NCBI GenBank assembly: GCA_025055835.1
Contig: JANWWR010000006.1
Coordinates: forward strand, 59,120 to 123,119
Direction: 5' to 3'
Source of the DNA: Gemmatales bacterium
GTDB taxonomy: Bacteria > Planctomycetota > Planctomycetia > Gemmatales > HRBIN36
Length of the DNA stretch: 64,000 nt
Every line of letters starts with the position of its first letter. The first letter of the stretch is position 1. The notes under the pieces were generated by a model. The model did not search any database and was not told where the DNA came from. It saw only the letters and a list, made by a program, of their open reading frames with translations. Shown here in pieces: positions 17,666 through 25,550 of the stretch. A program made the translations under genes and the position numbers.

Positions 17666-20600
17666 AGCTCTCGGGATGCCGTTGCCGCTCTCGATTCAAA
17701 ATGGCCAAGAAAAGCTCCCGGTTGCGGGCTGTGCGGCGTTCGAGATCGAGCAGAAACCTTTCGGCTGGCGCCTGGCCGTCCTGTCCATCGTAGCCCAGGC
17801 GATGGGCAATCTTCCGTAATTCGTCCTCGTTTTCAGGCAACTCGTCGGTGGCCGTGTTGGAGACGATGCGCAGGCGGCTCTCGACACGTCGGAGAAACTC
17901 GTAGTTGCTGCGCAGATCCAGGTATTCGCTCTCGCTGATCAGCCCCGTCTGGTTCAGAGCATCCAACGCGTCCCAGACATTGGTTCGCCGGATCTGGGGA
18001 ATCCGGGGACCGTACTTCAGTTGCAGGAATTGGACCAGAAACTCGATGTCCACGATCCCGCCGAGTCCACGCTTCAGGTTGCGTTCACCCCGGCTCACTT
18101 CCAGGCGTCGCCGCATGGCCAGGAACTCGTCCACGAACTGCGGGTCCCAGGGTGGCGAGCAGATTTCTTGCCAGATCAAGGCCAGCACCTCCTCGCCAAA
18201 CCTCGGATCGCCGTAAACCACCCGAGCACGGGTCAGGGCCTGACGTTCCCACAACTGGGCCGTACCTTCGGTGTAGTAGCGCCGAAACTCCGGCAGCGGC
18301 GTGACCAGGCTGCCGGACCGCCCCGTAGGCCGCAAACGCATGTCCACCTGATAGAGCCGACCCCGCGGCCCGTGTCTTCCGCTCGTGTTGATGATCCGCT
18401 GGGCAAGCTGGCTGAAGAAATGGAAATGGTCCGTGGCGGACGACGGCAACTCACCCGGCTTCAAGCTGCTTCCGGTCGTTCTGCCATCGCCTTCGTAGAT
18501 CAGGATGAGGTCGAGATCGCTGTTGTAGGTCAATTCCCGCCCGCCCAGCTTGCCCAGGCCGATCAGCACCCAGCGACACTCCCGCCCGGCTCCCGAGGTT
18601 GAGTCCAGGATCGGTCGGCCGAAGCGACTCACGACGGCTTTCCATTCCATCTCTGCGATCTGGCCTAAGATCGCTTCGGCAAGATCGGACAACGCAGCCA
18701 GGGTTGTCCGCAATTCGTCTTTGCCGAGAATGTCGTTGACGCCGATGCGGAGAAGCTCTTTCTCCCGGAAGCTGTGCAGGATCAGGTCGGTATCCTCGGC
18801 GTTGTGGCAGAGCATGGCCAGTTCTTCACGCATCTCCTCCAGGGAGCGTGGCCGATTAAGGACCAGACTGTCTACCAGTTCGTCGATCATGCCGGGATTC
18901 TTGATGAGGAGCTCGGAAAGAAACTGGCTCCAGGCGCACAGATCGACGTACAGTCGCAGACTGGGCGGATTGAAACTGAAAAGCTCCCAGAGGACCCCCT
19001 TGGCTCCCAACGAAGCCGTCACCTTTTCCAGGTTGGTCAAGGCCATGTCGGGATCGGGGGTTTCCGACAAGGCCCGCAAAAGGCTCGGGGCGATGCTGGC
19101 GAGAAACTGGCGGCAGCGTCGGCCGGGAAGAAACGGCACGGATTCCGTGGCGAGTTGCATGAGGTTGTGGAACGCTGCTTCGATGTTTCGGAAGCGGTAG
19201 CGTCCGAGGACCTGACGGATGGTTTCGGGATCGGGGTCGGGAGCGAGAATCAGGTCGGCCTCCGGCTCGGCGTCGCTGTCGCCTCGGAAAGTGTCGTGCA
19301 GGAGGTGGTTGAGGATTTCCCGGTTGGCTCGGGTCTTTTCCCGGTAGTCCTTAAGGAATTGATCCAGAGGATCAAGGTTGGCTTGCTCAATGCTGACCAC
19401 GGGAAGAATTCTGGGTTCGGATGCGATTCCGCCGGACATCCGGGGAGAGCCGAGCGGTTCACCCGGGCGGTCGCTTGTCGGAAGCGAGCGAACCACGGTG
19501 CTGCGCGGCTTGTAGCCCATACGACGGGCCAGACGTGCTAATTCCTCGGGATGGTCGGGCAGGCGGTGTGTTTGCAGATCGAACATCAGTTGCAGCCGGT
19601 GTTCGACCTTGCGGAGGAAGCGGTAAGTGCTCTCCAGTGTCTGGCTCTCGTCCACGGTCAGGCACTCGGCGTCGGTCAGGGCGTGAATGGCCCTGAGAGT
19701 GTTGCGTTGCCGGACCTCGGGCAAATCGCCGCCGTTGAGCAATTGCAGGAACTGAATTGTAAACTCAACGTCCCGAATGCCGCCCCGTCCGGTTTTGACT
19801 TCCACCTCGTCTTCGCCGGCACGACTGGTCTTGCGTTCGATCTGCCGTTTTAGGGCCTTGATCTCGTTGATTTCCGCGAAGCTCAGGTATTTGCGATAGA
19901 CGTATGGTTCGATCCGGTGGAGGAACTCCTGGCCCAGTTTCAGATCGCCGGCGACTGGGCGAAGTTTGATGAGTGCCTGCCGTTCCCAGGTGCGGCCAAG
20001 AGTGTCGTAATAGGACAGCGTGCTGGCCACCGATCGGGCCAAGGGGCCGCGTTCCCCTTCTGGCCTGAGCCGCAGGTCGATGCGGTAGGCCTGCGGATGG
20101 GTACAGAGCAGGCGGACCACCTCGGTCATGGCCCGGCCGTAGAACTCGTCCAGGCTGATCGACAGTCGACCGGCAGTGACACCCTCGGCGTTGTAGATCA
20201 TCATCAGGTCGATGTCGCTGCTGTAATTCAACTCCTCGCCACCGAGCTTGCCGAAGGCAAGAATGCAGCAGCGGCCGGGGCCTAGGTCGGTCTGCGGTTC
20301 GCCAAATCGGTTCGTCAGTTGTCGCAAAGCAGTACGAAGTGCGACTTCAAGGGCGGCATCGGCCACCTGGCTGATGTCCTGGGTGATCTCTTCCAGGGGG
20401 CGATCCCGGTAGATGTCGTTGGCCCCAATGCGAAGGATCTGCCTTTCCCGGAACGTGCGAAACTTGCGAAGAACCGCTGAGTCCTCGAAGCACGCATCCA
20501 CTTCCGCCTGAAGCTGGGCGATCAATTCCTCACGGCTGGGGCTTCGCCGCAGAGGCACGCGGAGCATCGGCAGGTACTCGGGATGGGCGGTCAGCAGGTC

Positions 20601-20927
20601 GCTGAAATAGTAACTGGTGCTGAGGAGTTGCAGCAGGATTTCGAGGGTACGGCTGCGGCCTTCCGGCATGCCGAGGAGACTTTCGACCGCCGACGGAGCG
20701 GCCAGGAACCGTTCCAGGTTGTTCAGGCCCATGTCCGGATCAGGGCAGCGGGGCAGATAACGAGACAAGGGGACGCATAGTTCAGCCAAGCGGTTCGGGC
20801 CGAGAATGCGAGCCAGTCCCTGAAAGTTCCGCCAGCCCTGGGCCAGATCGCGCAGCCCCCAGCCGCTCAGGAACAGGCGGGCTTCCTCGAATGATTCCAA
20901 ATACAGCCGAAGCTGATCGAGTTCCAT
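17502..20927 (-). CDS. glnE: bifunctional glutamine synthetase adenylyltransferase / adenylyl-removing enzyme
   Basis: Two nucleotidyltransferase modules with GKLGGEELNYSSDIDLMMIY and GKLGGRELTYNSDLDLILIY, each followed by GlnE-type helical domains. 1141 aa. Confidence 0.93.
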   Translation of the reverse strand: MELDQLRLYLESFEEARLFLSGWGLRDLAQGWRNFQGLARILGPNRLAELCVPLSRYLPRCPDPDMGLNNLERFLAAPSAVESLLGMPEGRSRTLEILLQLLSTSYYFSDLLTAHPEYLPMLRVPLRRSPSREELIAQLQAEVDACFEDSAVLRKFRTFRERQILRIGANDIYRDRPLEEITQDISQVADAALEVALRTALRQLTNRFGEPQTDLGPGRCCILAFGKLGGEELNYSSDIDLMMIYNAEGVTAGRLSISLDEFYGRAMTEVVRLLCTHPQAYRIDLRLRPEGERGPLARSVASTLSYYDTLGRTWERQALIKLRPVAGDLKLGQEFLHRIEPYVYRKYLSFAEINEIKALKRQIERKTSRAGEDEVEVKTGRGGIRDVEFTIQFLQLLNGGDLPEVRQRNTLRAIHALTDAECLTVDESQTLESTYRFLRKVEHRLQLMFDLQTHRLPDHPEELARLARRMGYKPRSTVVRSLPTSDRPGEPLGSPRMSGGIASEPRILPVVSIEQANLDPLDQFLKDYREKTRANREILNHLLHDTFRGDSDAEPEADLILAPDPDPETIRQVLGRYRFRNIEAAFHNLMQLATESVPFLPGRRCRQFLASIAPSLLRALSETPDPDMALTNLEKVTASLGAKGVLWELFSFNPPSLRLYVDLCAWSQFLSELLIKNPGMIDELVDSLVLNRPRSLEEMREELAMLCHNAEDTDLILHSFREKELLRIGVNDILGKDELRTTLAALSDLAEAILGQIAEMEWKAVVSRFGRPILDSTSGAGRECRWVLIGLGKLGGRELTYNSDLDLILIYEGDGRTTGSSLKPGELPSSATDHFHFFSQLAQRIINTSGRHGPRGRLYQVDMRLRPTGRSGSLVTPLPEFRRYYTEGTAQLWERQALTRARVVYGDPRFGEEVLALIWQEICSPPWDPQFVDEFLAMRRRLEVSRGERNLKRGLGGIVDIEFLVQFLQLKYGPRIPQIRRTNVWDALDALNQTGLISESEYLDLRSNYEFLRRVESRLRIVSNTATDELPENEDELRKIAHRLGYDGQDGQAPAERFLLDLERRTARNRELFLAILNRERQRHPESFSPSPSTQDHLARAENKADSDDGTAIGSDGQGREGSVLPDASILLDRADAESRT

Positions 20928-20957
20928 GCTTGTCCAGCCTGGGAGAGGACGGGCGAA

Positions 20958-22439
20958 TCACACCAGCGGCAGCGGGATCCGAGCGGACCGCGCTTCCGTT
21001 CTGCTTTCTTCGCCATTTTCCTGTGGTAAGACCGACCGGTGATGCGGGTCCGGTTCGCTGACCTCGCCGAACAGGGTGAACGCCGACGCATCCACGATGC
21101 GGAGTTGGACGAATCTTCCGATCAGGCTGAGCGGTCCGTCGAAAACGGCAATGTGATCCGTGTCAGTGCGTCCAGTCAGTTGCGGAAACTCGCTGGAATC
21201 CGAAGCGTGACCGAACTTCTTGCTCGGACCTTCGACCAGCACTTCGACCGTTCGGCCAATCCAGGTCCGGTGCTCCCGCAGGCTGACCCGGTTCTGAATC
21301 GCCAACAAGTCGTTGTTGCGTCGGCGTTTCACTTCCTCCGGCACATCATCGGGATACAGTTCGTCAGCCTTCGTGCCGGGACGGGGGCTGTACTTGAAGA
21401 TAAAGCTGTTTTTGAAACCTGCCTCGGCAACCAGATCGCAGGTCCGCTGGAAGGAGGCCTCTGTCTCGCCGCAGAAACCAACGATGAAGTCGCTGCTGAT
21501 CGCCACGCCGGGAATCCGTTCACGACAGCGAGCCAGCATGTCGCGGTAGTACTCGACGGTGTAGAGCCGCTTCATCCGCTTCAGCACCTCGTTGCAGCCG
21601 GACTGGGCCGGGACGTGCAGATAGCGGCAGACCTTGGGAAGATCGGCGACGGCGTCGAGGAGGTCGTCGGTCATGTCCCGGGGAAAGTTGGTCACGAACT
21701 TGATCCGACGAATGCCCGGAACATCGTGCAGGAGGTTGAGCAGGTCGGAAAGTCGAGTGGTTCGGCCGTCCCCATGATCGAAGCAGTAACTGTTGACGGT
21801 TTGGCCGACGAGGGTGATTTCGAGACAACCTTGGTCGGCCAATTGCCGGACCTCGGCGAGAATGTGCTGCGGATGCCGACACTGCTCCGGGCCCCGGACA
21901 CTGGGCACGATGCAGTAGGTGCAGAACTTGTCACAGCCGAACTGCGTCCGCACGTAGGCCTGGAACGCATTGGGTCGCATGGACGGTTCGCGGAGCGGAT
22001 CGTAGCTTTCGAAGCTCTCCGTGACTTCGGGACGCGACGCCTCAGCCCGACCCAGGCTGACGGCGATTTGCGGAGAGCCGGTGCGTTCGATCTCGCCCAG
22101 CAGTTCCGGGATGCGGGCCAACTGGCCCGGTCCGCAGATCAGGTCCACATGGGGAGCCCGCTTGCGGATCAATTCTTGATCCTTCTGGGCCATGCAGCCG
22201 ATGACGCCAATAATCGTCTTCGGCCGCTTCTGCTTGTGCCGGCGCAAGGTGCCCAGGGCACTGTAGATTTTGTCCTCGGCATGCTGGCGGACGCTGCACG
22301 TGTTGAACAGAATCAGATCGGCGTCCCGTGGATCGTCCACGATCTGATAGCCAAGCCGACGCAGACTGCCGACTACCAGCTCGCTGTCGAGCACGTTCAT
22401 CTGGCAGCCCACCGTTTCGAGGAATAATTTGCGACCCAT
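20958..22439 (-). CDS. miaB: tRNA-i6A37 methylthiotransferase MiaB
   Basis: KLFLETVGCQMN, radical-SAM CDKFCTYCIVPSVRG, and a TRAM-like C-terminus. I preferred the ATG at 22439, preceded by AGGTGG; the track start 22448 is a GTG. Confidence 0.93.
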   Translation of the reverse strand: MGRKLFLETVGCQMNVLDSELVVGSLRRLGYQIVDDPRDADLILFNTCSVRQHAEDKIYSALGTLRRHKQKRPKTIIGVIGCMAQKDQELIRKRAPHVDLICGPGQLARIPELLGEIERTGSPQIAVSLGRAEASRPEVTESFESYDPLREPSMRPNAFQAYVRTQFGCDKFCTYCIVPSVRGPEQCRHPQHILAEVRQLADQGCLEITLVGQTVNSYCFDHGDGRTTRLSDLLNLLHDVPGIRRIKFVTNFPRDMTDDLLDAVADLPKVCRYLHVPAQSGCNEVLKRMKRLYTVEYYRDMLARCRERIPGVAISSDFIVGFCGETEASFQRTCDLVAEAGFKNSFIFKYSPRPGTKADELYPDDVPEEVKRRRNNDLLAIQNRVSLREHRTWIGRTVEVLVEGPSKKFGHASDSSEFPQLTGRTDTDHIAVFDGPLSLIGRFVQLRIVDASAFTLFGEVSEPDPHHRSVLPQENGEESRTEARSARIPLPLV

Positions 22440-22513
22440 GAATACCACCTATTGCACGGCCGTATCGTGATTCTAGCCGCCAAGGAAGGGCTGGAGAAGG
22501 CGAAGGAATCGGC

Positions 22514-23176
22514 CTAGATTCCCAGTTCGGAAGCGGCCCGACGGGCTTCGACGACGAAGCGGCGCATTTTTTCCCGGTCCTTTTTGCCTGGTTGGCTCTC
22601 GACGCCGCTGGCAACATCGACGGCGTAGGGCCGAACGATCCGGATGGCCTCAACCACGTTTTCCGGGGTCAATCCCCCGGCCAGGATCAGGGGCAGACCA
22701 AAATCCCTGCCCGCTAACAAGTGCCACGGAGCCTGCTTACCCGTGCCGCCGAACTGCCCCGGGACCCGCGCATCTACCAGGAGGGCCGAGGGACGGATGC
22801 CGTCGTCGTTCAGGTCCGACACAAACTTCCGGGCTGCTTCGACGTCGCCCTCCTCTCCAACCGGAAACGCCACAATGAGATGGCACTTTGAAAAGGCAGG
22901 GGCAATGCCTTCCGAGCGGGAGTCAAAGCCGTGAAGCTGGAGGCTCCGAAGCCCCAGGCTGGAGAGGCACCAGCGAAGATCGGCCGATTGAGGCCGGACC
23001 AGAACGGCGACCGGCTCGACGAACGGCGGCAACTCGCCGACGATCTCTTCGGCAACATGACGGGAAACGCAGCGGGGTGACTCGGGAAAAAAATTGAGAC
23101 CAACAGCATCGGCCCCGCATTCCGCCGCAGCCAGTGCGTCCGTTACCGTAGTGACTCCGCAAATCTTGATCCGCAT
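22514..23176 (-). CDS. trpF: phosphoribosylanthranilate isomerase
   Basis: MRIKICGVTTVTDALAAAECGADAVGLNFFPESPRCV, FGGTGK and ILAGGLTPENV. I chose the ATG at 23176; the track start 23182 is a TTG. Confidence 0.9.
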   Translation of the reverse strand: MRIKICGVTTVTDALAAAECGADAVGLNFFPESPRCVSRHVAEEIVGELPPFVEPVAVLVRPQSADLRWCLSSLGLRSLQLHGFDSRSEGIAPAFSKCHLIVAFPVGEEGDVEAARKFVSDLNDDGIRPSALLVDARVPGQFGGTGKQAPWHLLAGRDFGLPLILAGGLTPENVVEAIRIVRPYAVDVASGVESQPGKKDREKMRRFVVEARRAASELGI

Positions 23177-23257
23177 CGTCAAAGTTTACGCAGCAGCTAG
23201 CCGATTTCCAATTTCTCCCGATTGGGATTCAGTCTAGCAGGAAAGCGATGCGGATGG

Positions 23258-23287
23258 TTGTCCGGGTCCGTCAGCGGGTGGTAGAAT
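23258..23287 (+). promoter_or_regulatory. putative sigma70-type promoter
   Basis: TTGTCC (23258-23263), 18-nt spacer, TAGAAT (23282-23287), about 65 nt upstream of the ATG at 23351. Pattern match only. Confidence 0.3.
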
Positions 23288-23350
23288 CTTTCTCGTAAGG
23301 ATTGCGTGTGCCCCGTGGCAAGATCGTGCCCTGCCCGGCAGAGGTGAGCC

Positions 23351-24880
23351 ATGTCCGGTCTTCGACTGATGCTCGTTGCCATCGGCTGCTGGATTCCGTG
23401 GACCATCGCCATCTCCGCCACCCCAGACACCGGGGAAATCGAAAAGCTCATCAAGCAACTGGGTGACGAGAAGTTCGCTCGTCGCGAGGCAGCCTGCAAA
23501 GCCTTGGAACAGATCGGTGCCCCAGCCCTGGATCCGCTGCGGCGAGCCTGTGGCGATGACGATCCCGAGGTCCAACGCCGGGCCAAGGATCTGGTTCGAG
23601 CCATCGAACGCCGCATGGAACGCGAAGAAATCCTGCGGCCAACGCTGGTCCGCCTTGATCTGAAAGACGCTTCGGTGCCGGATGCCGTGGCCGAACTGGC
23701 AAAACAAGCGGGTTATTCCATCCTTCTCGGTGGGGATGCCGCGAAACTCCAGCCGGACCTGAAACTGACCTTGCAGACCAAGGAAATGCCTTTCTGGGAA
23801 GCGTTGGATTTACTTTGCCTCAAGGCCGGCTTGACTCATGTCGTAAACCCGCAAAATGTTCGGGTCCAGCATCCCGGGAATCCTGTCGGCAGCGTCCGTG
23901 TACCTAATGCTGTTTCCAGCCAAAGCGGCACGGCGATTGTTCTCGCACCGGGAGCTCCGCCCCGTTATCCGACCTTTTACGCCGGAGCGTTGCGGCTTCG
24001 CCTTCTGCCTCCCGGAGCAGTGAACCTGCCTGGAATTTCGGAAGAGTCACCCGGTGAAACGGTTATGACCCTGGAAATCTGCCTGGAGCCCAAGCTGCTG
24101 GGACATGAGGTTCTTGATGTCAACGTCGTTAAAGCGCTTGACGACCGGAATCAGCCGCTGGCTCCGGTGTTGAAGCCCGCCAAACAGCCGACCGCTGGTC
24201 CCGAAGAACAACAGGTCGTCATCCGGAACGGCAACCAGGTCGTCATTCGCCAGTGGATCGTCAACCGGGGCAGCATTCCGAGCGACATCCTGGCTTTGGA
24301 GAATACGCCGCGACTGATCCCCCTTCGTTTCAAATTGCCGGATCAACCGGGACAGGTTCTCGCCGACCTTCAGGCAACTCTTGCAGCCCAGGTCCGAACT
24401 CCGGTGATGCCGCTTCTCACAGTGGAAAACATCATGGAGGCAATCGGCAAGGAGATCGCGGGCAGAGACGGTGTCTCCGCGACGATTTCCTCCTGCACGG
24501 TAGGGCGCGTCGGCGAGGTGACGGTGGCGATGCGGTTGGCTCCAAATGCATTGATGCTGGCCGGGTTGAATCCCAACGTGCCGGTGCAAATTGTGCCCAA
24601 TCAACAAATGCCTCTGAATGCCGTTCGCATGGGCCTGGCCTCCGCCGGAGCAACGACTTTCACGCTGACCGACACCGATGGAAACCCCTATCAACTCGTC
24701 GGCACCCAGTACACCCAGGTGTTCGGTCCCCCTAACAACATCAGTCTGGACTATCGGTTGATTTTCCGGCCGCAGAATCCCAAGGCCCAACCCCAGCGCT
24801 TAACGATCTCCGCATCTCGCGTGGCAGCCATCGAGCTGCCGTTCGCGATGCACAACATTCCTCTGATTGAAAGCCACTGA
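23351..24880 (+). CDS. secreted hypothetical protein with an N-terminal HEAT-like repeat and an STN-like segment
   Basis: SD GAGGTGA upstream. Signal peptide MSGLRLMLVAIGCWIPWTIAISA. HEAT-like IEKLIKQLGDEKFARREAACKALEQIGAPALDPLRRACGDDDPEVQRRA. It is a full-length paralog of the product of 54679..56013. Confidence 0.65.
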   Translation: MSGLRLMLVAIGCWIPWTIAISATPDTGEIEKLIKQLGDEKFARREAACKALEQIGAPALDPLRRACGDDDPEVQRRAKDLVRAIERRMEREEILRPTLVRLDLKDASVPDAVAELAKQAGYSILLGGDAAKLQPDLKLTLQTKEMPFWEALDLLCLKAGLTHVVNPQNVRVQHPGNPVGSVRVPNAVSSQSGTAIVLAPGAPPRYPTFYAGALRLRLLPPGAVNLPGISEESPGETVMTLEICLEPKLLGHEVLDVNVVKALDDRNQPLAPVLKPAKQPTAGPEEQQVVIRNGNQVVIRQWIVNRGSIPSDILALENTPRLIPLRFKLPDQPGQVLADLQATLAAQVRTPVMPLLTVENIMEAIGKEIAGRDGVSATISSCTVGRVGEVTVAMRLAPNALMLAGLNPNVPVQIVPNQQMPLNAVRMGLASAGATTFTLTDTDGNPYQLVGTQYTQVFGPPNNISLDYRLIFRPQNPKAQPQRLTISASRVAAIELPFAMHNIPLIESH

Positions 24881-24912
24881 TCGAAGTTAAACCCCCGGAT
24901 AAAGCCGGAATC

Positions 24913-25500
24913 ATGAGTTCCGACCGCCTGCGCTGGTGCGTCTTCTGCGGAAGCAAGACAGGAACAGACCCCCAGCATGCGGAAGCGGCCCGGGAGTTGG
25001 GGCGGACGCTGGCGAGACGCGGAGTAGGAATTGTGTATGGAGGCGGTCACGTCGGCCTGATGGGTGTCCTGGCCGACGCTGCCCTACAGGCCGGGGGCGA
25101 GGTCATCGGAGTCATTCCTCGCTTCATGGTGGAGGAGGAACTGGCTCACGAGAAACTCAGCCAGTTGCATATCGTTTCCACTATGCATGACCGCAAGGCC
25201 CTCATGGCCGGTCTGGCCCACGCCTTCGTTGCCCTTCCCGGCGGATTCGGCACAGCCGAGGAGTTCTTCGAAATCGTCACCTGGAGACAACTCCACCTCC
25301 ATGACAAGCCCATCGGTCTGCTCAACGTTCATGGTTTTTTCGACCCGCTAATAGCCTGGATGGACCGAGCCGTGGTGGAAGGCTTCTTGAAACCGCGGCA
25401 CCGGGAAATGATTGTCGTCCGTACTCAGGTGGCCGACCTCGTCAGCGAGCTTGTGCCGTTGTGCAAGCCGGTTGCTGGCGGAGCCATCGAGGAAGCCTGA
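24913..25500 (+). CDS. LOG family protein (cytokinin riboside 5'-monophosphate phosphoribohydrolase-like, TIGR00730-type)
   Basis: VFCGSKTG, IVYGGGHVGLMG and PGGFGTAEEFFE motifs. 195 aa. Confidence 0.9.
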   Translation: MSSDRLRWCVFCGSKTGTDPQHAEAARELGRTLARRGVGIVYGGGHVGLMGVLADAALQAGGEVIGVIPRFMVEEELAHEKLSQLHIVSTMHDRKALMAGLAHAFVALPGGFGTAEEFFEIVTWRQLHLHDKPIGLLNVHGFFDPLIAWMDRAVVEGFLKPRHREMIVVRTQVADLVSELVPLCKPVAGGAIEEA

Positions 25501-25550
25501 TTCAGGAACAGGTCAGGCGCCAGGGGTCTGGGCAGGTTTTGCATGTGGCC

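Noticed and set aside
21039-22427. 462-aa ORF on the + strand antisense to miaB
   Set aside because: This is a typical high-GC shadow ORF. It is Arg/Ala/Gly/Asp-rich with no motifs, and it lies opposite a gene with unmistakable MiaB motifs.
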